Assembly (NCBI GenBank): GCA_018992685.1
Contig: JACVGT010000018.1
Location: forward strand, 256,001-320,000
DNA: 64,000 nt
Source of the DNA: Theionarchaea archaeon
Lineage (GTDB): Archaea; Methanobacteriota_B; Thermococci; Methanofastidiosales; SZ-28-30
Direction: 5' to 3'
Shown: piece by piece, positions 1 through 10,101 of the stretch
Numbering within the stretch: the first letter of the stretch is position 1
Layout: every line of letters starts with the position of its first letter
Program-made: the position numbers and the translations under genes
Notes under the pieces: generated by a model
Database searches by the model: none
What the model was told of the DNA's origin: nothing
Seen by the model: only the letters and a program-made list of their open reading frames with translations

Positions 1-225
1 CTTCCGAGGTGAAAACCCTCGGGCAACAGCCTTGATGATGTCTCTCCCCTTCCAGACAGCAAGTGGGTCTTCCGTCTCCTGTTCACCCTGTATGTGGACC
101 TCCCCTGTCTCTGTATTAATATCCAGTTTGACCTGTAATCGTTCCTCAATTCTGCGTTTCGTTTCTCCATCTTTGCCAATGACGACCCCAATTCTGGCCT
201 GTGGGACTCTCACATATTCTTCCAT
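1..225 (-). CDS. KH-domain pre-rRNA processing protein (Dim2/Pno1-like), N-terminal part, runs off the window edge
   Basis: Not in ORF track. Manual translation MEEYVRVPQARIGVVIGKDGETKRRIEERLQVKLDINTETGEVHI...AVARGFSP has the KH GxxG loop. SD GGAGGTGA; directly downstream of rio1 as in the conserved archaeal order. Confidence 0.9.
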   Translation of the reverse strand, partial: MEEYVRVPQARIGVVIGKDGETKRRIEERLQVKLDINTETGEVHIQGEQETEDPLAVWKGRDIIKAVARGFSPRK

Positions 226-938
226 TCCTTCACCTCCCTTAGAAGGTCCTCTGTTTCTGGAACATCACAATACCTTGAAAAAAAATGACGCACATTCTCT
301 AAATCTCTGAGGAGAAACTCCTCAGCCCGGGGATCATCCAGGATGGCGGCCTGGGCAAAATCAATGAAATACAGCGTATCATACACCAGGATATTATACT
401 CACTCAAGTCAGCATGTACAATTCCCTCTCTGTACATGGTCTTAACGGTATTCATGACAACTTCAAAGTCCTTTTCTGGATCTTCAGGTCCCGTGTCTTT
501 CAAAAGGGGATACGAAAGTCCATTCTTGCCCAGAAACTCCATGACGACCACATTGTTAAGAACAACAAATGGTTCGGGCAGCTTTATTTTAGGGAATAAA
601 GATTTCAAGGTGGAAAATTCCCGCTGCGCCCACATGTGGACTACCTTTCGCGGGTTCTTCGTTACGTGACGATACCTTGGATCAGAAATCAAGTACGACC
701 ACTTGGTCCTGAATTCTGAAGTAGCGACCCTGTAAATCTTGACGGCAATCTCCCTGTTGTCTTCATTTATGCCGTGAAACACATTAGCCTCTTTGCCCGT
801 GGAGATGGCTCCATGAACTTCATCTATGTACCCCTTGTTGATGAGGGTGTACAGAGTGAGCAGGGTAGAACGATCAAACACTTCCTTGTATATCTTGAAC
901 GCTTCCTGCCCTTTCTTCAATCTCTTTTCTTCTGCCAC
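210..938 (-). CDS. rio1: RIO1 family atypical Ser/Thr kinase
   Basis: STGKEANVF, AVKIY, VHADLSEYNIL and FIDFAQ motifs; between aIF-1A and the KH gene. Confidence 0.93.
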   Translation of the reverse strand: MAEEKRLKKGQEAFKIYKEVFDRSTLLTLYTLINKGYIDEVHGAISTGKEANVFHGINEDNREIAVKIYRVATSEFRTKWSYLISDPRYRHVTKNPRKVVHMWAQREFSTLKSLFPKIKLPEPFVVLNNVVVMEFLGKNGLSYPLLKDTGPEDPEKDFEVVMNTVKTMYREGIVHADLSEYNILVYDTLYFIDFAQAAILDDPRAEEFLLRDLENVRHFFSRYCDVPETEDLLREVKEWKNM

Positions 939-950
939 ATAACCACCGGG

Positions 951-1256
951 CTACAGACGAATTTTCTTTTTCTTTTCAAGCCATTGAGCCTGGGCTCTCG
1001 AATATCGATAAATAATATCCCCTCGTTCATCTTCAGCAAGCTCCCAGGGCTTCACCAGGACTATGTTGTTTACCCGTATCCACAGCCTGTTTCGAAACCG
1101 CCCTGGAATCCTGCATAATCGCACCTTTCCATCTGTGCATTTCACAGTCATTTTTCCGTAGCCCATCATCTGGACTACCTTGCCAATGACTTCATCTCCC
1201 TTGGGGAGTCTGATTCTCCCAATCTGTTCAGATTCCGATTGTTGATTCTTTGCCAG
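951..1256 (-). CDS. eif1a: Translation initiation factor aIF-1A (probable CTG start)
   Basis: RIRLPKGDEVIGKV...MMGYGKMTVKCTDGKVRLCRIPGRF...IIYRY. The track ORF (1169) lacks the conserved N-terminus. An in-frame CTG at 1256 follows SD GAGGTGA and gives 101 aa. Confidence 0.9.
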   Translation of the reverse strand: MAKNQQSESEQIGRIRLPKGDEVIGKVVQMMGYGKMTVKCTDGKVRLCRIPGRFRNRLWIRVNNIVLVKPWELAEDERGDIIYRYSRAQAQWLEKKKKIRL

Positions 1257-1260
1257 ATTC

Positions 1261-2343
1261 TCACCTCGTTACAGTCTGTTCTCGGAATACCTCCAGGTAT
1301 TCAGGATGATCCTCAAAGTATCTCCTGCACGGAGCAATCAGGGAATTGAGCTCTGCTGATACCTTGTTCTTCAAATCCTGGGGGTGCAAATTACTCTCTG
1401 CGAAATCCTTTTTCAATTCTTCATACCGCCAGTAGGTTACGTCCCCACCGAACTTTGCAGGACGTTCAATGGTGAACTCCCGCTCAATGCCTCTAAAGAG
1501 TATGTGGTCCACAATCTCCATGACAGGATTTCCCTCCACTTCTCCTGCAGGGCAGTACGCCTTCTGTATTTTCTCCTTTAGCTCTTTTTCCGAATCATGG
1601 GCGAAGACGCAGGTTTCCGGGTGTGACTTGGCCATTTTGGACGAAATCTCCAGGTCGATTGTCTCGTCCTCGTCAAATCCACCCATTTTGATGGGTCCTT
1701 GCAGCCCTGCAAGCAAGTGATAGTGGACCGCCACCGGCTTGGGAAGCCCCAGTTTGGGCCCCACATCCCTGGCCAGCATGTGTGCTTTTCTCTGGTCCAT
1801 TCCTGAACAGGCAATATCAAGTCCCATCTGGTAGATATCAGATACCTGCATGGCGGGGTAGATATACTGGGCAGCTTCTTGCAGTTCAGCTTCTTTTCTA
1901 CCCATGATGGTGAGACAGCGAGTAATCCTAGCCACGGTTGACTCTTTCAGCACTTTGATGATTCTTCCCCAGTAGTCAGAATCATCAACGAATTCGCTGC
2001 TCCACACGAACTCGACTGTATCAGGGACTCCAAGAGATAGCCATACCTTCTGGAAATACTCGCCTACCTTCCGAATAGCCTCAAGGTCACCGCCCATCTT
2101 GTTGTTGATCCACGCATGCCATTCAGCCAGGAACAACTTGAATTCTATCCCCGCTTCCATGAGATCCTTAGTTTTCAGCGCAGCCACTATCCCTGTTCCC
2201 AGGTGGGCCTTCCCTGAGGGTTCGAATCCCTGATAAGCTACAGGATGTTCCTTTGTCTCCAAGAGGTTGCGTAGCTCATCTCGGGTCACGATTTCCTCCG
2301 CAGGTTTCCTGCAGATCAGGTCGAGTCTTTCTTCTATGTCCAT
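1261..2343 (-). CDS. tyrS: Tyrosyl-tRNA synthetase (archaeal type)
   Basis: AYQGFEPSGKAHLG (HIGH-like), YPAMQVSDI, GMDQRKAH, KMAKS; start placed at MDIEERL. Confidence 0.93.
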   Translation of the reverse strand: MDIEERLDLICRKPAEEIVTRDELRNLLETKEHPVAYQGFEPSGKAHLGTGIVAALKTKDLMEAGIEFKLFLAEWHAWINNKMGGDLEAIRKVGEYFQKVWLSLGVPDTVEFVWSSEFVDDSDYWGRIIKVLKESTVARITRCLTIMGRKEAELQEAAQYIYPAMQVSDIYQMGLDIACSGMDQRKAHMLARDVGPKLGLPKPVAVHYHLLAGLQGPIKMGGFDEDETIDLEISSKMAKSHPETCVFAHDSEKELKEKIQKAYCPAGEVEGNPVMEIVDHILFRGIEREFTIERPAKFGGDVTYWRYEELKKDFAESNLHPQDLKNKVSAELNSLIAPCRRYFEDHPEYLEVFREQTVTR

Positions 2344-2347
2344 GATA

Positions 2348-3337
2348 TCACATCCAGTAGGCGTATTCCTGAAAGAAAAGGATACTGTACCAGTTTCCAA
2401 CTTTTACTTTTATATCTTTTGGTCTTTTCAAATATCTCGTTTCAAAGTCGGGAAGCATAACCAGAACCTGAGAGGGGGTGACATCAATAACCTGGCAGTC
2501 TTTCACTGTGTACTTGGAAGAGGACAGTGCCTGGAGTTGGTTCTCACTTTCCAGGTACTCCACTTTCTTCCAAGGGAATACCTTTTCTGAATAACCATTC
2601 TTGAGGTGCAGTTTCTGTGAGGAACTTATCACTTTAAAAACCTCATTCTGGCACAGCAGTATGTCACCCGGCTTATACTTGTGCAGTAAGAAGAGAATAG
2701 TCCCTCTCTTTATGTCAGTCCCTTTCTGCCTGTCCATGCCCACAGTCGTGTATGATTCCTTCACAACTCCGCCCAGTTGCTTTCTCAGGATGTGAGCCGC
2801 CCTTAAGGCAGCTTTAGACGTTGAAAAGTAGAAATCTGTTCCTTCTTTTCGTTCTTTGATCTGTGATATAAAGTCCTTCTCTCTCAAATTTGAGACCACG
2901 ATAGAATCGATGAGTGCTCTTTCCTCTTCAGTAAGGAGGTGGTCTTGCCGTCTCACCTGGAGAACAGCCTGGTAGTATCCAGATAGCATCTTTGAGCACT
3001 GGTCACACAATGAGGGTCTCACATGGATTGTAAACTGGGTCTGCTGGACGAAAGCATGAGTCTGGTTCTCGTGGAACCACTGTCTGGCTACCACAGAGAC
3101 GGTGACTACCATGTCACGTTGTTCAATACGGTAGTCGAAATCATCCACAGGAACATGCTCTTCAACCACCTTCTCCAGGGAAATATCCCTCCACGAACCA
3201 TAGTGTAGAGCACCGCATTCCTTGCACTTTGAGAGTTTCAAATTTCTGATGAATAGAGGAGGCTGTCCTTCCAGAAAACATGGTTCGCACAGTCCCTCGA
3301 TGCGGGCCTTCCTCTTACCACACTGAAAGCACATCAT
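2348..3337 (-). CDS. Nmd3-like ribosome biogenesis protein (Zn ribbons)
   Basis: Four CxxC pairs and GYYQAVLQVR motif; conserved neighbourhood. Confidence 0.88.
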   Translation of the reverse strand: MMCFQCGKRKARIEGLCEPCFLEGQPPLFIRNLKLSKCKECGALHYGSWRDISLEKVVEEHVPVDDFDYRIEQRDMVVTVSVVARQWFHENQTHAFVQQTQFTIHVRPSLCDQCSKMLSGYYQAVLQVRRQDHLLTEEERALIDSIVVSNLREKDFISQIKERKEGTDFYFSTSKAALRAAHILRKQLGGVVKESYTTVGMDRQKGTDIKRGTILFLLHKYKPGDILLCQNEVFKVISSSQKLHLKNGYSEKVFPWKKVEYLESENQLQALSSSKYTVKDCQVIDVTPSQVLVMLPDFETRYLKRPKDIKVKVGNWYSILFFQEYAYWM

Positions 3338-3630
3338 AGTCTGACCATTTGGGCGTGCACAGTCTCTCCAATTTGAAGGACATTTTCTGGGTCAACAAGT
3401 CCCAGCTCAACAGCTTTTCCCACAATTTTCTCACCCACTAAATTCAGAATGGTGGCCCTAAGCAGGAAAGCTCCGGAAGCATCCAGTGTTATGCACTCAC
3501 CGCAGTAGAAATCCTCCTTCACCTCCAGATACAGATCATCTTCCTGGAATGTTCTTCCTGCAAGCTCAGCATCACACCCTGCCACCAGTGTTTCGGTGCC
3601 TGTCCTGAACATTCTCACGAAGACATCCAT
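3334..3630 (-). CDS. DUF424 family protein
   Basis: LVAGCDAELAG...V.EDFY.G...ATILNLVGE..V..A; between aIF-2beta and Nmd3; TAATG coupling. Confidence 0.85.
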   Translation of the reverse strand: MDVFVRMFRTGTETLVAGCDAELAGRTFQEDDLYLEVKEDFYCGECITLDASGAFLLRATILNLVGEKIVGKAVELGLVDPENVLQIGETVHAQMVRL

Positions 3631-4046
3631 TAGATCGACCTGACAGAGTGCCTGGCACCACATGCTTCACACTGCAAGAACACAATTCTGCCTTCCCTGA
3701 AGAGACGGGTATCAGGTTTTCCACACTCGTGACACAGCACATAAATGGCAGCATACTTCTCTACTTTTTCATTGATCTGATAACTGGAGAACCGCCCCTG
3801 AAATACAGCACCCCTGCTCTCGAAGTTACCTGATGTAGCCAGTTCGCCAGAGAGGAATTTCATGAGATGGCTGGGATCGCGGCTCATTCTCTGAGCAATC
3901 TCCTGGAAATTCTTGATAATTGTCCGATTACCCATGGTGAAGGAATCAGATTTAGGTATCTCAAACCTGCTCTTCTCAAAGACTTTTTCCGGCAGTTTGG
4001 AAAGAGCACGATCCAGCATATTTTCATAAGCATACGTGAATTCCAT
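3630..4046 (-). CDS. eif2b: Translation initiation factor aIF-2 beta subunit
   Basis: RFEIP...GNRTIIKNF, ELATSG, and C-terminal CHECGKPDT...CEACGA zinc ribbon. Confidence 0.95.
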   Translation of the reverse strand: MEFTYAYENMLDRALSKLPEKVFEKSRFEIPKSDSFTMGNRTIIKNFQEIAQRMSRDPSHLMKFLSGELATSGNFESRGAVFQGRFSSYQINEKVEKYAAIYVLCHECGKPDTRLFREGRIVFLQCEACGARHSVRSI

Positions 4047-4252
4047 GAAGTGATTTCATTTGTATGTTTATAAACCTGGTGGTAGATTGTCGCTTGCTAG
4101 AAGCGAATTTTCAGACAGGAGAAGTGATCTCATTGAGGTAAGACACCCATGCCCGCCACTTTTTGAGAGATAACTTCCACACCAAACAAAACAGAGGCAA
4201 AAGGAGAAAAAAGATTCACCGGAAGAATGAATATCTCAGGGAGGTGGGTCAT

Positions 4253-4429
4253 CTGGCGCGAATCCCAAGAGGTCCCAGAACATCATCGCATTCAACGCAC
4301 CTCCGGGCACCAGACGTTCTGTGCTGCGCTGTGGTGCTGCTCATAGCCACAATGCTGATGGTTTCTCTACTTGCAGAACATCTTTCTCTATTTGCCTTTT
4401 CCACCCTTACCCAGTTCAGTGGACACTGA
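4253..4429 (+). CDS. Possible small single-TM protein (CTG start after a strong SD)
   Basis: GGGAGGTG then in-frame CTG; hydrophobic stretch LCCAVVLLIATMLMVSLLA. No recognised family. Confidence 0.3.
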   Translation: MARIPRGPRTSSHSTHLRAPDVLCCAVVLLIATMLMVSLLAEHLSLFAFSTLTQFSGH

Positions 4430-4600
4430 GCACTGTCTTCTCAGTTCCACCAGATGACCCATGGGTGGTAATGTCCACTACTTATTTGGAGGTCAGGATT
4501 AATAAAGATTTCCCTTGTATCACATAAGCAGGTTTAGACCTCGATGGTGTGGATGACTTTCTTCTCATTTTTCCTGATTCATAGATACAACACCATGAGT

Positions 4601-5926
4601 CTAGAGTACTTGAATTCTCTTCCACCCGCCTCTCTTGAACCTGAGCGCTACAAAGAAGGCCCTTGCAGCATATTCCACGACCATGGCAATCCAGGCTCCA
4701 ACAACTCCCCAACCGAGGCTAAACCCAAGTGCCATGGCAAGAGGGATTCTAAACCCGTACAACCCTACTGTGGACGCATATAATGGCCACTTCGTATCCC
4801 CTGCACCCCGCAATGCACCTCCAAGAGTAAAATGAGTTGCTATTCCCGGCATTCCGAAAGCAAGAAGCCTGATGAATATCACCGCCCTGTCAATGACCGC
4901 TTCCTCTCTCACAAATATCACGGCAATGTCCCTGGCAAAGATGAAAATGAGAATACCCACAATTCCCATGAGCACCAAGGAAAGTCTACATGCTTCCCAT
5001 CCACTTTTCTCTGCTTCTGCGGGCTTTCCTGCGCCCAGATTCTGACCCACCAGCGCAGTTGCAGCAATTGCAAATCCAAATCCAGGCATGAAGGCAAAGC
5101 TTTGTATCCTGATTCCAATCTGGTGAGCAGCAATACTTTCTGTCCCGAAAGATGTGATGATCACCATGTACGCCAGAAACCCTATCTGAATCACCAGTTG
5201 TTCCAAGGCTGCGGGAGTGCCAACATTCAGGACTTTTCTAACCGTGGAAGAATCCAGTGAAAATCTCCTGAAAGACACGTATAGTTTCAGCTTTCTCTGC
5301 TTGAGGAGCACCAAATATATGCTGGCACCCACGACGAAAGAAATCGTTGTCCCCAATGCAGCCCCCTTCACACCCATGGGCTCAAATCCCAATTTCCCGA
5401 AGATCAGTATGTAGTTCAATCCTACATTGGTCACATTGATGAGGGAACTAATGATCAGAGGGGTCTTCGTGTCACCTGCTCCTCTCAGAGCCTGAGCTGA
5501 AGCAAGACATATAAAAATAAACCCGATACCCAAGGCAGCGATCTCAAGATACTGGGAACCCAGAGCCAGGACTTCTTTTTCTGCCTGATATATCTGCAGG
5601 AGACCACCTGCAAAGAAGTACAGGAAAGGTGTTAGGAGGAAGGCTCCCGCGGCACCTGAAACCAGTGATTGTTCCAGAACGTGCCTGGCCTGTTCTATGT
5701 TTTCTTCTCCAATACTCCTGGCCACCATGGCTACAGTCCCTGCTGTCACTGCAATCATCAGGGATTGAAAGATAAACACAACCTGGCCGCCCAGCCCGAC
5801 GGAAGCAAGGTAGTCTGCTCCCAGACTTCCCACCATAATCATGTCTGCTGTAAGGGTTAACGTGTGAAGAAGATTGTCAATGACTGCGGGCCATGCAAGT
5901 GCCAGAATATCTCTCCTTGTTTGCAT
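4601..5926 (-). CDS. MATE family efflux transporter
   Basis: About 12 TM; LRGAGDTKTPL, GVKGAALGT, LVGQNLGAG motifs. Confidence 0.93.
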   Translation of the reverse strand: MQTRRDILALAWPAVIDNLLHTLTLTADMIMVGSLGADYLASVGLGGQVVFIFQSLMIAVTAGTVAMVARSIGEENIEQARHVLEQSLVSGAAGAFLLTPFLYFFAGGLLQIYQAEKEVLALGSQYLEIAALGIGFIFICLASAQALRGAGDTKTPLIISSLINVTNVGLNYILIFGKLGFEPMGVKGAALGTTISFVVGASIYLVLLKQRKLKLYVSFRRFSLDSSTVRKVLNVGTPAALEQLVIQIGFLAYMVIITSFGTESIAAHQIGIRIQSFAFMPGFGFAIAATALVGQNLGAGKPAEAEKSGWEACRLSLVLMGIVGILIFIFARDIAVIFVREEAVIDRAVIFIRLLAFGMPGIATHFTLGGALRGAGDTKWPLYASTVGLYGFRIPLAMALGFSLGWGVVGAWIAMVVEYAARAFFVALRFKRGGWKRIQVL

Positions 5927-6201
5927 TATGGTGCAGATATACCATCAGCTTATAAAGACTTCGGTCTCGCATGGGAAAAGACGCTGGAAAGACAAATTCC
6001 TATGTTTAGAGGAGAAAGCAGCTAGGTTTCCGCATTAAAACTTTGAACAAGAGGGTACACCAAGAAATCCGGTTTTGAATAAATGAGGAAAAATATTTAA
6101 AGATCACAACTATTGTATCTTTGGCAAGAACCTGGAAATAGTAAGTCCTTCATGTCATCAGGACGTATCCATTCCAGAACAATACTAAAGGAGGTATTAT
6201 T

Positions 6202-6363
6202 ATGGATAAATACGAGTGTAGTGTGTGTGGCTATGTCTATGATCCAGAAAAAGGTGATCCTGATTCTGGTATAGACCCTGGAACACCTTTTGAAGACCTG
6301 CCTGAAGACTGGGTGTGCCCTGTATGTGGGGCACCACGAGAGGTCTTTAAGAAGGTGAACTAA
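6202..6363 (+). CDS. Rubredoxin (53 aa)
   Basis: Not in track. [53 protein letters not shown]; SD GGAGG; stop overlaps the fprA start. Confidence 0.97.
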   Translation: MDKYECSVCGYVYDPEKGDPDSGIDPGTPFEDLPEDWVCPVCGAPREVFKKVN

Positions 6364-7538
6364 TGACAATAAGGAAAATAAAAGAAGGCATATACTGGGC
6401 TGGGTCCCTGGATTGGGATCGCAGGCTTTTCGATGAATTGATCCCTCTTCCGGATGGTACTACCTACAATTCGTATATTGTAGAAGGTGAGAAGACTGCG
6501 CTCATTGATACTGTCGATCCAACCAAAGGGCAAGAGCTGGTGGACAACCTCACTGCATGGGGAGGTTCCATCGATTTCGTTGTGGCAAACCATGCAGAAC
6601 AGGACCATTCAGGGTCTATACCAAGAGTACTGACGCTTTTCCCCCACGCCAAGGTAGTAACGAATTCCAAGTGCAAGAACATGCTCATGGATCTGTTGTT
6701 AATCCCTGAGGAAAAATTCTTGACAGTCAATGATGGTGAGACGCTCTCTCTGGGGAACAGGACGCTGCAGTTCTTTATGACTCCCTGGGTCCACTGGCCA
6801 GAAACGATGGTCACTTACCTGAAGGAGGAAAGAATCTTATTCAGTTGTGATTTCCTTGGCTCCCACCTGGCAGCCAGCCACCTATTCGCTCGAGACAAGG
6901 AAAAGGTGTTTGAATCTGCCAAGAGGTACTATGCTGAGATCATGATGCCCTTCAGAACCAGCATTAGAAGTCACCTGGAGAAACTTGATGCTCTCACAGT
7001 TAATATTGTTGCGCCCAGCCACGGTCCTCTGCATGATGAACCGCACTTCATCCTGGACTGCTACAGGGAATGGGTTTCCGACACGGTGAAGAACGAAGTT
7101 GTCCTCCCTTTTGTGTCCATGCATCAGAGCACCCGGGCCATGGTGGACTATTTAGTTGACGCACTCATTGATCGAAACATCACCGTTAAACCTTTCAATC
7201 TGATCCAAACAGACATCGGAGAGCTGGCCAAGGCGCTGGTCGATGCCGCCACCCTGGTGATCGCATGCCCAACAGTCCTTGCAGGACCTCACCCTGCAGC
7301 TGTGTATGCTGCATACCTGGCCGGCGCGCTCCGGCCCAAGACCAGGATCGTAGGTATTATTGGATCCTATGGGTGGGGAGGAAAGTCAGTGGAAACCCTC
7401 AGCCAACTGATTCAGAATCTCACAGTTGAAGTCCTCGATCCTGTGCTGATAAAGGGCTATCCTGAGCAGGAGGACTTCAGATTGCTGGAAAATCTGGCAG
7501 ACGAAATCCTTAAAAAGCACAAAGCACTAAATATATGA
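6363..7538 (+). CDS. fprA: Flavodiiron protein (FprA family)
   Basis: GTTYNSY, NHAEQDHSG, VHWPETM, FSCDFLGSH, PSHG, plus flavodoxin domain with GSYGWGG. Confidence 0.93.
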   Translation: MTIRKIKEGIYWAGSLDWDRRLFDELIPLPDGTTYNSYIVEGEKTALIDTVDPTKGQELVDNLTAWGGSIDFVVANHAEQDHSGSIPRVLTLFPHAKVVTNSKCKNMLMDLLLIPEEKFLTVNDGETLSLGNRTLQFFMTPWVHWPETMVTYLKEERILFSCDFLGSHLAASHLFARDKEKVFESAKRYYAEIMMPFRTSIRSHLEKLDALTVNIVAPSHGPLHDEPHFILDCYREWVSDTVKNEVVLPFVSMHQSTRAMVDYLVDALIDRNITVKPFNLIQTDIGELAKALVDAATLVIACPTVLAGPHPAAVYAAYLAGALRPKTRIVGIIGSYGWGGKSVETLSQLIQNLTVEVLDPVLIKGYPEQEDFRLLENLADEILKKHKALNI

Positions 7539-7550
7539 GGAGAAAAGAAT

Positions 7551-7890
7551 ATGGAAGAGAAAATGCCTTTGATTGGGGATACCTTCCCTCAGGTAGAAGT
7601 GGCGACGACACGTGGTAGAAAAACTTTACCTGATGCATATTCAGGTAGGTGGGAGGTCTTTTTCAGTCACCCTGCTGATTTTATACCAGTGTACACTGCT
7701 GAATTCGTGGCTTTTCAGAAGAAATGTAACCAGTTCAACCCTCTGAATCGTGGATTTATTGGGCTGAGAGTGAATCAGGTATTTTCTCACCTCAGATGGG
7801 TCGGATGGATCAATCAGATGAAGAAACTGCCCTGAAGAGAACCAGGGAGTACCAGTAGCATGACTGGTCCCGCCATAAGAAGCAAAAAGG
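7551..7890 (+). pseudogene. Degenerate archaeal-type peroxiredoxin (internal deletion, catalytic Cys lost)
   Basis: MPLIGDTFP...[16 protein letters not shown] versus canonical FTPVCTTEF. The C-terminal tail remnant [22 protein letters not shown] follows in another frame. Confidence 0.85.
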
Positions 7891-7899
7891 AGGTATATT

Positions 7900-8277
7900 A
7901 TGACAAAAAGACTGCAGGTGTATAAGTGTAATGTATGTGGGAATATTGTGGAAGTCCTGCACGAAGGTGTGGGACAGTTGGTCTGTTGTGGACAGCCCAT
8001 GGAGTTGATGGTACCAAAGACTGAAGACGTGGGAAAGGAAAAACACGTTCCCGTTATACAGAAAGAGAAAGACAGTATCACAGTGAAGGTGGGCTCTGTT
8101 CCTCATCCCATGGAGGAAAACCATTATATTGAGTGGATTGAGGTCATTGCGGATGGTCGGGCGTATCGTAAATTCTTAACCCCCGGTGACAGCCCAGAGG
8201 CGGAATTCACGATTACATTTGGGACTCTTGAAGTGAGGGAGTACTGTAACGTCCATGGATTGTGGAAGACCGTGTGA
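7900..8277 (+). CDS. dfx: Desulfoferrodoxin (superoxide reductase, class I)
   Basis: [12 protein letters not shown]...[32 protein letters not shown]. Confidence 0.96.
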   Translation: MTKRLQVYKCNVCGNIVEVLHEGVGQLVCCGQPMELMVPKTEDVGKEKHVPVIQKEKDSITVKVGSVPHPMEENHYIEWIEVIADGRAYRKFLTPGDSPEAEFTITFGTLEVREYCNVHGLWKTV

Positions 8278-8286
8278 GGTGCTGTC

Positions 8287-8808
8287 ATGATAGGAAAAGC
8301 GGTAGAGAAGGCCCTTAACACTCAGTTAAATGCTGAGTTGTATTCTTCGTACCTGTATCTGTCCATGTCATCCTGGTTCAGTTTTCAGAACCTAGATGGA
8401 TTCGCCAATTGGATGCGGGTGCAGGCACAGGAGGAGTTAGTTCACGCCATGAAATTCTATGACTACCTCATTCAAAGGAATGGACGAGTGCTCCTCCTTG
8501 CTGTGGATGCCCCGCCTACGGAGTGGGACTCCCCTGACGCAGTATTTGAACACACATATCAGCATGAGCAGAAGGTCACTGGACTGATCAACGAATTGGT
8601 TGACCTGTCCATTTCAGAAAAAGACCACGCCACCCACATGGTTCTCCAGTGGTTTGTGGATGAACAGGTAGAGGAAGAATCATCAGCAGCTGAAATCCTA
8701 GGAAAAATCAGGATGCTGAAAGAAAGTAAGAGCGGGATATATATTTTGGACAGAGAACTCAATCAGAGGGTATTCACACCTCCTCCTGCCCAGCAACCTG
8801 TGGAGTAG
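8287..8808 (+). CDS. Non-heme ferritin
   Basis: [38 protein letters not shown]. Confidence 0.95.
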   Translation: MIGKAVEKALNTQLNAELYSSYLYLSMSSWFSFQNLDGFANWMRVQAQEELVHAMKFYDYLIQRNGRVLLLAVDAPPTEWDSPDAVFEHTYQHEQKVTGLINELVDLSISEKDHATHMVLQWFVDEQVEEESSAAEILGKIRMLKESKSGIYILDRELNQRVFTPPPAQQPVE

Positions 8809-8828
8809 CACCATTGAGAGGTGTGCAA

Positions 8829-9320
8829 ATGGACCTGAGTAAGTACAGCCTGAAGGACTTGCTGCTTGCTGCACTGAAAAGCGAGGTTGAAAGCAGGACT
8901 GTGTATGAAACACTCGCTCACAGAGTGAAGAACGCATTTCTCAAAGATCGTCTCGTATTCCTGGCCAGTGAAGAAAAGAAGCATGGGACTTTTATTGAAG
9001 GAGTGTACAAGAAGATGTTCCCGCAAGATACCCTCGCTCTACCTGACGAGACTCCCGTCCCATTGCCTCTGGTAAGGATTCCCACGGAAGACATCCCCCT
9101 AAGTGTGGTCTTTGAGCAAGCCATGGAAGCAGAAAAAGCCTCCAGTCAGTTCTATCAAGGGCTAGTACATCAATTCCAGGACATCAGGATGCAGAAGACG
9201 TTGGATGCTTTTGGGGCCATGGAAATGGATCATTACAGAATTCTTGAAGCTGAACTCAAGACAGTGAAGCGGTTTGAAACCTTCGACTCAGAGTGGCCCA
9301 TGATGAACGTAGGGCCATAG
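8829..9320 (+). CDS. Rubrerythrin-like/ferritin-like diiron protein
   Basis: ALKSEVE...LASEEKKH...AMEAEKAS..FY...EMDHY (paired ExxH motifs). Confidence 0.85.
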   Translation: MDLSKYSLKDLLLAALKSEVESRTVYETLAHRVKNAFLKDRLVFLASEEKKHGTFIEGVYKKMFPQDTLALPDETPVPLPLVRIPTEDIPLSVVFEQAMEAEKASSQFYQGLVHQFQDIRMQKTLDAFGAMEMDHYRILEAELKTVKRFETFDSEWPMMNVGP

Positions 9321-9384
9321 ATTCAAAGGAACAAGACAGGTGCAGGTCACCTACCTGATGGAATTTCCAAAAAGATGTGATATC

Positions 9385-9957
9385 ATGAATGTGAAAGGGA
9401 CTCAAACGGAAAAGAATGTGCTTATCGCCTTCGCTGGCGAATCTCAAGCACGCAATCGCTACACCTTCTTTGCCTCTCAGGCAAAGAAAGAAGGATATGA
9501 ACAGATCAATAACATTTTTCTGGAGACTGCAGATAACGAGAAAGAGCATGCAAAAAGGCTGTTCAAGTTCTTGGAAGGCGGAGAGGTGGAAATTAGTGCC
9601 TCATATCCGGCCGGAATTATTGGCAGCACCAAGGAGAACTTGAAAGCAGCAGCAGAGGGAGAGCATCACGAATACACCACCATGTACCCTCAGTTCGCTG
9701 ATATTGCCCAGAAAGAGGGGTTTCCAGAGATTGCCAATGCCATGAAATCCATAGCAGTGGCAGAAAAACAGCACGAAAAACGATATCTCGCTCTGCTTGA
9801 GAACCTGGAGAAAGGGCGGACATTCAAGAGAGGAGAGCCTGTGAAGTGGAGATGTGGGAATTGTGGATACATCCATGAAGGAACAGAGCCTCCTGAACAA
9901 TGCCCTGCCTGTGAACACAGTAAGGCATATTTTGAACTGCTTGCCGAAAATTGGTGA
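9385..9957 (+). CDS. rbr: Rubrerythrin
   Basis: AFAGESQARNRY, ENEKEH-like NEKEHAK, GEHHEYTTMYP, C-terminal WRCGNCGY...CPAC. Confidence 0.96.
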   Translation: MNVKGTQTEKNVLIAFAGESQARNRYTFFASQAKKEGYEQINNIFLETADNEKEHAKRLFKFLEGGEVEISASYPAGIIGSTKENLKAAAEGEHHEYTTMYPQFADIAQKEGFPEIANAMKSIAVAEKQHEKRYLALLENLEKGRTFKRGEPVKWRCGNCGYIHEGTEPPEQCPACEHSKAYFELLAENW

Positions 9958-9958
9958 A

Positions 9959-9984
9959 TTTTTCTTTTTTTTCTTTCTTTCTTC
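9959..9984 (+). terminator. T-rich archaeal terminator of the oxidative-stress operon
   Basis: TTTTTCTTTTTTTTCTTTCTTTCTT immediately after the rbr stop. Confidence 0.6.
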
Positions 9985-10101
9985 ACGAATCTCCCACTAA
10001 CTGATAAATATATTCTGGAGTATTGAGACAAATAGGCGGAATGTGTTACCAACAATTGGGTAGATTGGCAACTTTTTTATAGGGCTTCTTGAAAGGGTAA
10101 T

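Noticed and set aside
7856-7858. In-frame TAG in the peroxiredoxin tail as pyrrolysine or readthrough
   Set aside because: The surrounding gene is deleted, frameshifted and lacks its catalytic Cys, so simple decay explains it.
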